From Lachnospiraceae bacterium (GTDB taxonomy: Bacteria; Bacillota; Clostridia; Lachnospirales; Lachnospiraceae): a stretch of DNA of 64,000 nt. Position 1 is the first letter of the stretch. Every line of letters begins with the position of its first letter. The position numbers and the translations under genes were made by a program. Where the stretch lies: the NCBI GenBank assembly GCA_045632875.1, contig JAZQXN010000004.1, positions 40,030-104,029 of the forward strand, read 5' to 3'. Below, one piece after another: positions 21,630 to 31,484 of this stretch. Below the pieces are notes generated by a model. The model was not told where the DNA came from, searched no databases, and saw only the letters and a program-made list of their open reading frames with translations.

Positions 21630-22379
21630 TTAATCCTCATACTCAATGCCAATCATCGTCAATCCGCACGCAGGAGCCGTAGGTCCTGCTGCCGCACGGT
21701 TCTTTGCCTCCAACATTGCTACAATTTCGGAAGGTTCAACAAAACCGTTTCCAACCTCAATTAACGTTCCTGCAATAATGCGAACCATATTATATAAAAA
21801 TCCGCTTCCTGTTACCGTAATCGAAATCATTTCCCCATCGCGGGTCACATCGCAGGAATATATTTCCCGCACAGTGCTTTCTACCTGCGCATTTGCTGCG
21901 CAAAAACTCTTAAAATCATGCTCTCCGATTAAATACGAGGCCGCCTCTTGCATACGTTTTTCATCCAATGTGCGATAGTAAAAATAAGAATCCTTTCTTG
22001 CAAGCGGAAGCGGGAATTCACGATTTAAGATTTTGTACCGATATGTTTTTTTGCTTTTTACATAACGCGGATGCCAATCAAGCGGCACCTCATCTGATTT
22101 CTGCACAACAATATCATCCGGCAGACGCTGATTTAAAGCATAAGAAAATTTCTCCGCAGGCATTCTGGCCGTGGTTGTAAAAATCGCTACATTTCCCATG
22201 GAATGCACGCCTGCATCGGTACGGGAGGCACCAATAACAGTAATTTCCTCACCCAACAAATCCGTAAGGGCTTTATTTAATTCTGCCTCAATGGTATTTC
22301 CGTTCGGCTGTACCTGCCAGCCACAGTAATTTGAGCCGTCATAGGCTACAAATAAACGGACTTTCTTTTCTTCTGCCAT
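21630..22379 (-). CDS. truA: tRNA pseudouridine(38-40) synthase
   Basis: YDGSNYCGWQ, SRTDAGVH, FLYNMVR and TAPACGL. Confidence 0.96.
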   Translation of the reverse strand: MAEEKKVRLFVAYDGSNYCGWQVQPNGNTIEAELNKALTDLLGEEITVIGASRTDAGVHSMGNVAIFTTTARMPAEKFSYALNQRLPDDIVVQKSDEVPLDWHPRYVKSKKTYRYKILNREFPLPLARKDSYFYYRTLDEKRMQEAASYLIGEHDFKSFCAANAQVESTVREIYSCDVTRDGEMISITVTGSGFLYNMVRIIAGTLIEVGNGFVEPSEIVAMLEAKNRAAAGPTAPACGLTMIGIEYED

Positions 22380-22446
22380 CCGCTACTCCAATCATTTTTC
22401 CATATCTATCACCGTCTCGGCTTCATATCCTTATCCGGGATTTTCA

Positions 22447-23274
22447 TCAAACATTCATGCCTGCAAACACGGTCGAACCCACAACCTTCCAAGCAATTAA
22501 AACACCTAAATATACAAATAAAATAATATATGCAAAAACATCTCTCTTTGCATACACCAACGGCTTCATCTTTGTTCTGCCTTCTCCTCCGTTATAACAT
22601 CTGGCTTCCATTGCCATCGCCAATTCTGTGGCACGACGCCAAGCAGAAACAAACAACGGAACCAACAACGGAATCATATTCTTCGCCTTGGTAAAAATAT
22701 TCCCTGACTCAAAATCTGCACCACGGGCCATCTGTGCTTTCATGATTTTGTCCGTTTCCTCAACCAAAATCGGAATAAACCGCAGTGCAATGGACATCAT
22801 CATAGCCACGTCATGCACCGGTACTTTGATGTAATTCATCCAGTGAAGTCCTTTTTCCATTCCATCCGTAAGTCTGGTCGGAGTGGTTGTTAACGTCATA
22901 ATAGATGTACCCAGTACCAAATATGACAGTCTTACGATCATAAACAACGTGTTTTCCACACCTTTGTCTGTGATTTTAATAAATTTCCACTGAAAAAGCA
23001 CATCTCCCGGTGTAAAAAACAATCCAAACATAGATGTAATCACAAGAATCGCAAGAATTGCCTTTAATCCCCGCACCATATACTTAAACGGCACCTTTGT
23101 CAGTATAATGCAAGCAACCAAAAAACCGGTTATAATTGCAAAACCTATAATGTTTTCAAACAAAAACACGGACACAATAAATACCATGGCGCCCATAAGC
23201 TTCACCCTTGGATCCAAGCGGTGAATCACTGACTGCCGCGGATAATATTGTCCGATGGTAATATCTCTTAACAT
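22447..23274 (-). CDS. ecfT: ECF transporter transmembrane T component
   Basis: LDPRVKL, ALRFIP, AQMARG and AMEARCY; conserved ecfAAT-truA order. Confidence 0.93.
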   Translation of the reverse strand: MLRDITIGQYYPRQSVIHRLDPRVKLMGAMVFIVSVFLFENIIGFAIITGFLVACIILTKVPFKYMVRGLKAILAILVITSMFGLFFTPGDVLFQWKFIKITDKGVENTLFMIVRLSYLVLGTSIMTLTTTPTRLTDGMEKGLHWMNYIKVPVHDVAMMMSIALRFIPILVEETDKIMKAQMARGADFESGNIFTKAKNMIPLLVPLFVSAWRRATELAMAMEARCYNGGEGRTKMKPLVYAKRDVFAYIILFVYLGVLIAWKVVGSTVFAGMNV

Positions 23275-23275
23275 G

Positions 23276-24124
23276 TTACTTCCTCAATACACGTAATATT
23301 TCTGTCTTAGCTTCTTCCACAGTTGTAGCATCCGTATTCACCGGAATTCCTGCTGCCAACAGGTCGTTCATCACATAAGTTACCTGTGGAGCACTTAATC
23401 CCATTTCTTCCAGCTGCTTGTAATTGGCAAACACATCTTTTGGTTCCCCATCAAGCACTACTTCTCCGTGGTCCATAACAATGAGACGGTTTACGTATTT
23501 TGCCACGTCTTCCATACTGTGAGATACCAGTATAACCGTCATATTATTTTCTTTATGAAGTTTCGCCAACTGCTCCAGCAATTCATCCCGTCCTTGCGGA
23601 TCCAGTCCGGCCGTTGGCTCATCCAAAATCAACATTTCCGGCTTCATAGCTAATACACCGGCAATGGCTGCACGACGTTTTTCTCCACCGGAAAGATTAA
23701 ACGGTGATTGATAGTATAATTCTTCCGATAAACCAACCTGACGCAAAGCCTCAAACGCTCTCAAACCGGCTTCATTATCCTTCAATCCCTGATTCTTTGG
23801 TCCGAAACAAACATCTTTAAACACAGTTGTTTCAAACAATTGATATTCAGGGTACTGGAATACCAGCCCCACCTTGCTACGCAATTCCTTTTTGGAAAAA
23901 TCGCCATCATTAATATCTCTTCCGTTATAATAAATCGCTCCGGAAGTAGGTTTTAACAATCCGTTTAACTGCTGAATCAAAGTAGATTTTCCGGAACCTG
24001 TATGACCGATAATTCCAATAAACTCGCCATCTTCTATTTTTAAATTAATACTCTTCAGTGCTTTTCTTTCAAAAGCAGTTCCCGGAGAATATACATACTC
24101 TACTTCATTTATGATAATTGACAT
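23276..24124 (-). CDS. ecfA2: ECF transporter ATPase A2
   Basis: GHTGSGKST, VFQYPEYQLF and SPFNLSGGE. Confidence 0.93.
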   Translation of the reverse strand: MSIIINEVEYVYSPGTAFERKALKSINLKIEDGEFIGIIGHTGSGKSTLIQQLNGLLKPTSGAIYYNGRDINDGDFSKKELRSKVGLVFQYPEYQLFETTVFKDVCFGPKNQGLKDNEAGLRAFEALRQVGLSEELYYQSPFNLSGGEKRRAAIAGVLAMKPEMLILDEPTAGLDPQGRDELLEQLAKLHKENNMTVILVSHSMEDVAKYVNRLIVMDHGEVVLDGEPKDVFANYKQLEEMGLSAPQVTYVMNDLLAAGIPVNTDATTVEEAKTEILRVLRK

Positions 24125-24960
24125 AATGCCTCCACAAGTTCCCGCCTTGTTAAAATTCCATCCTTTAACGGCAGACCTGCTTTTTTTAATTCATAGGCAA
24201 GCAAGGTAACCTGCGGTACATCCAAATGATATTCTTTCAGTTTCTCTACCTGTGAAAAAACATCTCTTGGTGCCCCCTGCATTACCACTTTTCCTTTATC
24301 CATAACGTAAACCTTGTCCGCATCCACCACTTCTTCCATATAGTGGGTAATCAGAACAATGGTTACACCTTTTTCCCTGTTTAATTCTTTAATTGTATCA
24401 ATGACGTCTTTTCGTCCGATTGGATCAAGCATAGCGGTAGGCTCATCCAAAATAATGCATTTTGGCTCCATAGCTATAATGCCTGCAATTGCCACACGCT
24501 GTTTTTGCCCGCCGGAAAGCTTATTCGGAGAATCGGTGCGATATGCTTCCATACCTACCGCCGCAAGACTCTTTGCCACACGTTCCCAAATATCATCCTT
24601 TGGAACCCCCATATTCTCAGGACCAAACGCTACGTCTTCTTCCACTACACCCGCAACAATCTGATTGTCCGGATTCTGAAAAACCATTCCGGCACTTTTA
24701 CGGATTTCCCACACTTTGTCATCATCCAAAGTGTTTTTTCCGTCAATCCATAAGGTTCCTTCTGTTGGAGAAAGAATCACATTCATATGCTTTGCCAAAG
24801 TAGATTTTCCGGAACCGTTATGTCCCAAAATGGCTATAAAATTACCTTCTTCTATATCCAAATCAACGCCGGCCAAAGCGGTATCAATGCCTTCCACATT
24901 GCCCTCTTCGTCACGGCGTATATATTCAAACACTAATTTTGAAGCTCGAATAATTCCCAT
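24109..24960 (-). CDS. ecfA1: ECF transporter ATPase A1
   Basis: [25 protein letters not shown] and DEPTAMLDP. Confidence 0.93.
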   Translation of the reverse strand: MGIIRASKLVFEYIRRDEEGNVEGIDTALAGVDLDIEEGNFIAILGHNGSGKSTLAKHMNVILSPTEGTLWIDGKNTLDDDKVWEIRKSAGMVFQNPDNQIVAGVVEEDVAFGPENMGVPKDDIWERVAKSLAAVGMEAYRTDSPNKLSGGQKQRVAIAGIIAMEPKCIILDEPTAMLDPIGRKDVIDTIKELNREKGVTIVLITHYMEEVVDADKVYVMDKGKVVMQGAPRDVFSQVEKLKEYHLDVPQVTLLAYELKKAGLPLKDGILTRRELVEALCQLS

Positions 24961-24987
24961 ATTGTCTCCTCGATTGCTTCTTTTTAA

Positions 24988-25494
24988 TTACTCTATATAG
25001 TCATCGTATTTTGTCAACTGTCCTTCCAACTTCATATGTTCAAAGTTGTTCTGTCTTAACGCCTCATACAATACAATGGCAACAGAGTTGGACAGGTTTA
25101 ATGATCTGGTTTCCCCAATCATCGGAATTCGAATGCAGTCGTCCTTATGATGGGCCAGAATTTTTTCCGGAATACCTGCGCTTTCCTTACCGAACATAAT
25201 ATAGCAGTCCGGTTCAAAGGAGGCATCGGAATACACATTTTTTCCCTTTGTAGTAGCCATATAAATCTTGGCTCCCGGATTTTTCTGTAAAAAATCTTCG
25301 TAATTCACGTAGGTAGTAACGTCTAAGTCCGGCCAATAATCAAGGCCTGCCCGTTTGATTTCTTTTTCTGTTAATTTAAAACCCAACGGCTCTATTAAAT
25401 GAAGCCGGGTTCCGGTTGCCACACATGTTCTGCCGATGGCGCCTGTGTTAAATGGAATTTCCGGTTCATATAATACAATGTTTAACTTAGCCAC
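24988..25494 (-). CDS. trmL: tRNA (cytidine/uridine-34 2'-O)-methyltransferase, SPOUT family
   Basis: PEIPFNTG, RAGLDYW, FGKESAG and RSLNLSN; GTG start. Confidence 0.92.
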   Translation of the reverse strand: MAKLNIVLYEPEIPFNTGAIGRTCVATGTRLHLIEPLGFKLTEKEIKRAGLDYWPDLDVTTYVNYEDFLQKNPGAKIYMATTKGKNVYSDASFEPDCYIMFGKESAGIPEKILAHHKDDCIRIPMIGETRSLNLSNSVAIVLYEALRQNNFEHMKLEGQLTKYDDYIE

Positions 25495-25534
25495 GTTACT
25501 ACACCTACCTAAATCATCTTTTAATTAGCAAAAA

Positions 25535-26707
25535 TTATTTCTGTTCTGCTCTTAATTTGTTAATAAAGCCTTCCATCTTGTCCATTGCTTTTTCTAATTT
25601 TTCAATGGAGTAAGCATAGGAAATACGTAAGAAACCTTCACCGCTGTCGCCGAATGCTGTACCAGGAACAACTGCTACTTCTTCTTCACGTAAAAATCTC
25701 ATAGCGAATTCTTCGGATGTTAAGCCAAACTGCTTAATGGATGGGAATACATAGAATGCTCCGTATGGTTCAAAGCACTGGATACCCATTTCTCTGAAGC
25801 GTTTCATAAGGTATTCTCTACGTTCGTTGTATTTTTCTCTCATGTAAGCTACGTCAGCATCGCTGTTTGCTGCTGCATCAACACCTGCATACTGTGCTGT
25901 TGTAGGAGCACACATAATGCAGAACTGATGAATCTTAACCATCTGCTGCATGATTAATTCAGGAGCACATAAGTAACCTAATCTCCATCCTGTCATAGCA
26001 TGAGATTTAGAGAATCCGTTTACTAATACGGTTCTTTCTTTCATACCTTCGTAGTTAAGAACAGATACATGTTCTCTTCCGTAGGTTAATTCTGCATAGA
26101 TTTCATCAGATAATACAAAAAGGTCATGTTTAAGAATTACAGGAACAATAGCATCCAAATCTTTCTTTTCCATAACTGCACCGGTTGGGTTATTTGGGAA
26201 AGGTAATACCAATAATTTGGTCTTTGGTGTAATTGCTGCTTCTAATTCTTCTGCTGTTAAACGGAATTCATTTTCTTCTTTTAAGTTAATGATTACCGGT
26301 GTACCACCTGCTAATACACAACATGGTTCATAAGAAACATAACTTGGCTGTGGAATTAATACTTCATCGCCCGGATCAAGCATTGCACGCATAGCAAGGT
26401 CAATACCTTCACTACCACCAACTGTCATGATGATTTCTTTGTTCGGATCGTATTCGATATCGAATCTTCTCTTTAAGTATTCTGCGATTGCAACCTTACA
26501 TTCTTTTAAACCTGCATTAGAAGTATAAGCAGTTTTTCCTTCCTGTAAGGACTTAATACCTGCTTCTCTAATGTGTTCCGGAGTTACGAAATCCGGTTCG
26601 CCTACTCCTAATGAAATTGCATTTGGCATATCTGCCGCATAGTCAAAAAAGCGACGGATGCCGGATGGTTTTACAGTCTGGACTGTCTTTCCTAATGGAC
26701 TTCTCAT
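25535..26707 (-). CDS. PLP-dependent class I/II aminotransferase
   Basis: GEPDF, PNNPTG, SDEIY and GFSKSHAMTGWRLG; start moved to ATG 26707. Confidence 0.92.
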   Translation of the reverse strand: MRSPLGKTVQTVKPSGIRRFFDYAADMPNAISLGVGEPDFVTPEHIREAGIKSLQEGKTAYTSNAGLKECKVAIAEYLKRRFDIEYDPNKEIIMTVGGSEGIDLAMRAMLDPGDEVLIPQPSYVSYEPCCVLAGGTPVIINLKEENEFRLTAEELEAAITPKTKLLVLPFPNNPTGAVMEKKDLDAIVPVILKHDLFVLSDEIYAELTYGREHVSVLNYEGMKERTVLVNGFSKSHAMTGWRLGYLCAPELIMQQMVKIHQFCIMCAPTTAQYAGVDAAANSDADVAYMREKYNERREYLMKRFREMGIQCFEPYGAFYVFPSIKQFGLTSEEFAMRFLREEEVAVVPGTAFGDSGEGFLRISYAYSIEKLEKAMDKMEGFINKLRAEQK

Positions 26708-26758
26708 TTCTTTTCCCTCTCTTTGTGTTTTTATTCTTTTTCCCAAATACTCTGTTAA

Positions 26759-27742
26759 TTATATTACTTTGTATAGTTCGTCTGTTTTTGGGGGTTCTAA
26801 GAATCTTCTTTCTTCCTGATTCAAAAGTACCCTGTCGTTACCCGAGGTTGCTTTACCAATCACGGTAGCCGCAATTCCCTCCTTTTCCAGCGCTTGTACC
26901 AAACCGTTGCCATCTTTCGTAGCAATCAACATACTTCCGCTGGAAATCAACTCATACGGGTTGATTCCGAAAAACTCGCAAACTTCTATGGTTTCCTGTT
27001 TAACAGGTATTTTTAACAAATCAATTTCCAGCCCGATGCCGGAGGCTTCCGCCATTTCCCAAAGGGCTCCAAAAATTCCCCCTTCGGTTACATCATGCAT
27101 GGCACTAACACCATTCTTTACAGCAATCATACCCTCCGGTACAACCGAAAGGTACTCTTTTAAGCTTTTTGCCTTATTTATAAAATCTTTTGAAAAACGT
27201 TCTGAAAGAGCGGCCTCTTTTTCCGTAGCAATAATGCCGGTTCCTTCCAAACCAATCCATTTAGTTACTACCATATCATCTCCCGGCTTTGCTCCGCCGG
27301 TGGATACTAAGGCGTCTTTCTTTATTTTTCCTACACCGGTTACCGATACTACCGGCTGGTTTACAACCTTGGTAACCTCTGTATGACCACCCATAATTTG
27401 CATATGGAGTTTTTCACAATTTTCCTGCATCTGGCGCATCAATTGTTTTAATTCTGCCTCTTCGGTTTCTTCCGGCAAGAGCACTGTCACTAATACGCCT
27501 ATTGGCTCTGCCCCGGAACTTGCCAGGTCATTCGCCGTAATCTGGATGGCATACAATCCAATATCCTGACTGGCACCGGTAATTGGGTCGGTAGAAAGGA
27601 CTAGCACTTCATCTTCCGCTACCATAACAGCGGCACAATCCTCTCCAACCCCTGCCCCCAAAAGAATTTCCGGACGCTTTGTCTTTATTTCCTTCAGCAC
27701 GGAGCGCTTTAATATGCTCTCCGAAACTTTTCCTGTCTTCAT
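26759..27742 (-). CDS. AIR synthase (PurM/HypE-like) family protein
   Basis: GVGEDCA, STDPIT, NDLA, GGHTEVT and MHDVTEGG. Confidence 0.85.
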   Translation of the reverse strand: MKTGKVSESILKRSVLKEIKTKRPEILLGAGVGEDCAAVMVAEDEVLVLSTDPITGASQDIGLYAIQITANDLASSGAEPIGVLVTVLLPEETEEAELKQLMRQMQENCEKLHMQIMGGHTEVTKVVNQPVVSVTGVGKIKKDALVSTGGAKPGDDMVVTKWIGLEGTGIIATEKEAALSERFSKDFINKAKSLKEYLSVVPEGMIAVKNGVSAMHDVTEGGIFGALWEMAEASGIGLEIDLLKIPVKQETIEVCEFFGINPYELISSGSMLIATKDGNGLVQALEKEGIAATVIGKATSGNDRVLLNQEERRFLEPPKTDELYKVI

Positions 27743-29302
27743 TTATTCTTCGCCTTCTCCTGCGTTTGTATCTTCGCTTTCGGAATTTCCTTCTTCGGAT
27801 CCCGTACCGTCTCCTGTACCTTCTCCTTCTTCAGGTTCCAGTTCACTGTATTTTGCAACCGCGTCGATTACAAACTGTACGTTTCCGGTGGCAATACTTT
27901 CTTTAATTGCCTTTTCAATTTCCTTAATCGCTTCTTCGTTATCTGTATTTAAACCAACCTTATAGTGAGATGATTCCGGAGCATATACACTATAGTTTAC
28001 CTTTTCACGGCTAACCTGTACTCCGTTTTCATATACGATTTTCCAAAGGTTTGCTTTATATCCGATATGAATATCCTGCACACATTCAAAATATCCTACA
28101 GTTTCGTCTACAATTTCAAAAACGTGTTCCGGATGTGTGATTTCCAAAATTTCAGATTCAAATACAACCTTACGGTCTGCACTTCTTGTTTCTACACCGT
28201 AAATATTGAAGTACAATGAAATGTCTTTTGTATAAGCTTCAATATAAATCGGATAGTCCAGATTATTAACAAACTTTAAATCTTTCCATGTTCCTGCAAT
28301 CGCTGCATCCTCTGCAGGCTGTACATATCCTACAGTCATAGAATGTGGTGCGCGCTGGGTAATATCCAACTCTGCACGTAAAACCGCATTATATAATGTG
28401 GTGGAAACCTGACAAATACCACCACCAACAGATTCAACCACTTTACCGTTATCATAAGCATAACCAATGGCATATCCATTCTCCTGAGTGAACGGTGATA
28501 CTGTTGCCTGCACAGAAAATTCTTCACCCGGATACAAAAGAGTTCCGTTAATCTTTGAAGCACCATTTTCTACGTTCTGGTTTCTACCAGCCGTATCTGT
28601 CATATAAATTGTGGAAAAACTTCCTAACAAATCACAAACCTTTGACAGTTCTTCTTCACTGCCCAGCGGTTCTGTAATATTGGCAATTAATTCAACTTCT
28701 CTGTTATCCGGAATATACTCATTTGCAAAAAATTCTTCCAGCAAGGAATAGGATGCTTCAATATCCATGATGGCACCAACGGAGCCCGGAATGATTGTAA
28801 AAGTATTACCTTCTTTCACCAATCCCCAGTTTACAGGCTCTGCACACATGGTTCCCTGTTTTTCTGTCAATAATGTGTGAAGCAATTCTTCATCCGCCTT
28901 GAAAACGGTTCTTAATTCCACGCTGTCAGTTTCCAAATCCTTCTGTTCTTTAAAACGTTTAATCAGGTTGCCTGTACGGCCTACACTATAGGCTTCCTTT
29001 GCAAGCTGCGGATTCATCCAAGTTAAACCGATATCCGCCGGCATAATTTCAACATAGCGGTCCTCTATCTTTAAGACAATCGGTTGTTCTAAAAGATCAT
29101 CTACATAATCTTGAATGATCATTTCCGCATCTTCTTTAGTCTTTCCTTCTAAAGAAATGGAATTGAAATAAACTCCTTCAAAAATTGTTTCTTCTGTATT
29201 ATTGTCTGCATGTACATTCAGTACGCCCGTTCCCAGAACTAGTAAAACACCGAAAAGCATTGGAAACCATTTCATTACTTTTTTCATACATTTTCCTTTC
29301 AT
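27743..29302 (-). CDS. VanW/G5-domain exported cell-wall protein
   Basis: Signal peptide; GGGICQVSTTLYNA, HS..V.Y and DLKF VanW motifs; acidic tail. Confidence 0.85.
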   Translation of the reverse strand: MKGKCMKKVMKWFPMLFGVLLVLGTGVLNVHADNNTEETIFEGVYFNSISLEGKTKEDAEMIIQDYVDDLLEQPIVLKIEDRYVEIMPADIGLTWMNPQLAKEAYSVGRTGNLIKRFKEQKDLETDSVELRTVFKADEELLHTLLTEKQGTMCAEPVNWGLVKEGNTFTIIPGSVGAIMDIEASYSLLEEFFANEYIPDNREVELIANITEPLGSEEELSKVCDLLGSFSTIYMTDTAGRNQNVENGASKINGTLLYPGEEFSVQATVSPFTQENGYAIGYAYDNGKVVESVGGGICQVSTTLYNAVLRAELDITQRAPHSMTVGYVQPAEDAAIAGTWKDLKFVNNLDYPIYIEAYTKDISLYFNIYGVETRSADRKVVFESEILEITHPEHVFEIVDETVGYFECVQDIHIGYKANLWKIVYENGVQVSREKVNYSVYAPESSHYKVGLNTDNEEAIKEIEKAIKESIATGNVQFVIDAVAKYSELEPEEGEGTGDGTGSEEGNSESEDTNAGEGEE

Positions 29303-29413
29303 AATCCGATGCGCCTTGGCGCAAACCCAAATTAACTCAAGATAATTTTATCACAATTTTTAATATTTACAATAGATTTTCTGTACGTAATCGTATTATA
29401 ATGTTACTATCCA

Positions 29414-29521
29414 TTACATTAAAACAGATAATAACGTTGGGAGCACCATGGCAATTACAAGAATGATTGCAACTACACATGCGATACGTTGTCTTCTTTT
29501 TTGTCTTGCAGACACTTTCAT
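29414..29521 (-). CDS. Unannotated 35-aa single-TM small protein (MKVSARQKRRQRIACVVAIILVIAMVLPTLLSVLM)
   Basis: Strong SD AGGAGGTG 5 nt before ATG; basic N-terminus followed by a hydrophobic helix; below the ORF-track size cutoff. Confidence 0.7.
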   Translation of the reverse strand: MKVSARQKRRQRIACVVAIILVIAMVLPTLLSVLM

Positions 29522-29558
29522 AGATACACCTCCTGACTATACGAAAGGACTATTTATA

Positions 29559-30167
29559 ATGATTCCGTATTTTCTTTCTCTATTTTTGATTTTTATAGGC
29601 TGGGCCGCCTTTAAACGTTACCAGGCCCAAAAAAAGGAACGGGAAAGCAGAGAAGCTTTTTGGAAAAAAGAGGAAGATGCCAACGCCACCAGACGTCAGG
29701 ACATTTCCCAACTTTCTTATATTGAAATCCCCTTTGACCGGCTTCCTTTTCAAGCCGTTTCCTCTCCTGATATTTTAGAGCAGGAAAACATCTTGCAAAC
29801 CCTTTCTGATAAAAAAATATTAAACCTGGTCGGTATCAGCAACACGGACTTAAAGCTTACCTACGGTGCAGCAAATCTGCCGTTTCTTACCGAATGCGAT
29901 GAGCATTTTACCACCATGTGTATGGCCCTAAACCGATGGGGTGAATTACTTTTCGAAAAAGAAGAATTTGCTTTAGCCCGACAAGTATTGGAATTTTCCG
30001 TTGCCTCCGGTTCTGATATTGGTTCAAGTTATATTCTGCTTGCCAAAATTTATTGTTCCATGAACCTTGAACATCAAATTCCGGAACTGATAAAACAGGC
30101 TGAAAAGATTAATTCCCTTTCCAAAAAAACAATTATACTCAAGCTTTCGGAATTCGTCCATAATTAA
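29559..30167 (+). CDS. Hypothetical membrane-anchored protein with helical (TPR-like) C-terminus
   Basis: ATG 29559 follows GAAAGGA; N-terminal TM helix; the track's 29448 start overlaps the small minus-strand ORF. Confidence 0.65.
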   Translation: MIPYFLSLFLIFIGWAAFKRYQAQKKERESREAFWKKEEDANATRRQDISQLSYIEIPFDRLPFQAVSSPDILEQENILQTLSDKKILNLVGISNTDLKLTYGAANLPFLTECDEHFTTMCMALNRWGELLFEKEEFALARQVLEFSVASGSDIGSSYILLAKIYCSMNLEHQIPELIKQAEKINSLSKKTIILKLSEFVHN

Positions 30168-30852
30168 ATAATATTTTATCAATTTTACGGGAAGCCTCGT
30201 TTTTCGTCAGGCTTCCTATTTCTATGTCCATTTCCAAGTGATGATATTCCAACAATTCCCTTAACTGACGAACCTGATTTTTGGTGATAGGGCCTTGTTT
30301 CTTCACCTTGTAATTTAATTCCCGTGGGCGAAACCACTCCGGCTCTGCTTCCGGCTGGGCCATCATCCACTGTAGTAATTTGTGGGTAGCCTCCGCATCT
30401 TCCGTAGCCCTATGAATTTCAGGCACTGTAATGTTTGCATATTGACATAATGCCTTCAGGTTCTTTTTTTGTTGAGGTGGTAATATTTTTCTCGCCAGCC
30501 CCAGGGTGTCCACCACCGGGTTTGAAAATTTTTCTTTATGATTCACTGCGCAGGTTTTCAAGAAACTCACATCAGACACAATATGATGTCCCACCAAAGG
30601 GGCCTCTCCGGCAAAATCCATAAATGCCTTTACTGCTTCCCAGTCTTCCACTCCCTGCTCTAACATTTCATCTGTCAAGCCGGTTAACAAAACAATCTCT
30701 TCATCTAATTTTCTGTGTGGATTTACCAATCTGGAAAACTTCTCAACAATCTCTCCATTTTGAACCTTCACTGCCCCGATTTCGATAATCCTGTCTTCCC
30801 TGGGATTTAGTCCCGACATTTCCAAATCAATGCTTACGTATTCCTTTAACAA
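30139..30852 (-). CDS. DEDDh 3'-5' exonuclease (DnaQ/PolC exonuclease-like)
   Basis: IDLEMSG, IIEIGAV, VDTL and HRATEDA. Confidence 0.87.
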   Translation of the reverse strand: MLKEYVSIDLEMSGLNPREDRIIEIGAVKVQNGEIVEKFSRLVNPHRKLDEEIVLLTGLTDEMLEQGVEDWEAVKAFMDFAGEAPLVGHHIVSDVSFLKTCAVNHKEKFSNPVVDTLGLARKILPPQQKKNLKALCQYANITVPEIHRATEDAEATHKLLQWMMAQPEAEPEWFRPRELNYKVKKQGPITKNQVRQLRELLEYHHLEMDIEIGSLTKNEASRKIDKILFNYGRIPKA

Positions 30853-31484
30853 TTTTTATCCTCCGCTATGCATATATCCTGTAAATAACAGTTCCTGCAA
30901 TCCGGCTTTCTTGCCACACAGTAAGTTCTGCCTAAGGAAATCACGTGAATATTATAAAGAATCCAGTCTTCTTTTGGTAAAACCTTCATTAAATCCATTT
31001 CAATTTTTTCCGGATCTGTTTCTTTGGTAAAGCCAAAACGACGGGATATTCTTTTCACATGGGTATCTACAACGATGCTTGGCTCATTGTAAATATTCCC
31101 CCGGATAACGTTGGCGGTCTTTCTTCCCACCCCTGCCAAAGTCAGTAAATCTTCCAAAGAGCTTGGCACTTTTCCGTCATAAACTTCTATCAATCGTTTC
31201 GCACAGGCAATGATATTAACCGCTTTATTATGATAAAATCCTGTAGAATGGATATCCTTTTCCAGTTCCTTCAAATCCGCATTGGCGAATTTTTCCAAGG
31301 AATCATACTTTTTAAACAGGGTCTCCGTCACAATATTGACCCGGGCATCGGTACACTGGGCGCTGAGAATCACCGCTATCAGTAACTGCCAGTCTGTTTC
31401 ATGATTCAAATAACATATTAAATCTCTGCCGTATTCTTTGTCCATTCTCCGCAGAATTTCCAGCATTCTTTCCTTTTTTTTCAT
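30846..31484 (-). CDS. nth: Endonuclease III
   Basis: LSAQCTD, HhH motif LAGVGRKTAN, VDTHV and C-X6-C-X2-C-X5-C; ATGA overlap with the upstream stop. Confidence 0.95.
   Translation of the reverse strand: MKKKERMLEILRRMDKEYGRDLICYLNHETDWQLLIAVILSAQCTDARVNIVTETLFKKYDSLEKFANADLKELEKDIHSTGFYHNKAVNIIACAKRLIEVYDGKVPSSLEDLLTLAGVGRKTANVIRGNIYNEPSIVVDTHVKRISRRFGFTKETDPEKIEMDLMKVLPKEDWILYNIHVISLGRTYCVARKPDCRNCYLQDICIAEDKNC

Noticed and set aside
27743-29302. Vancomycin-resistance locus
   Set aside because: VanW-domain proteins are common cell-wall proteins in Firmicutes; no van ligase, vanH/X or vanRS nearby
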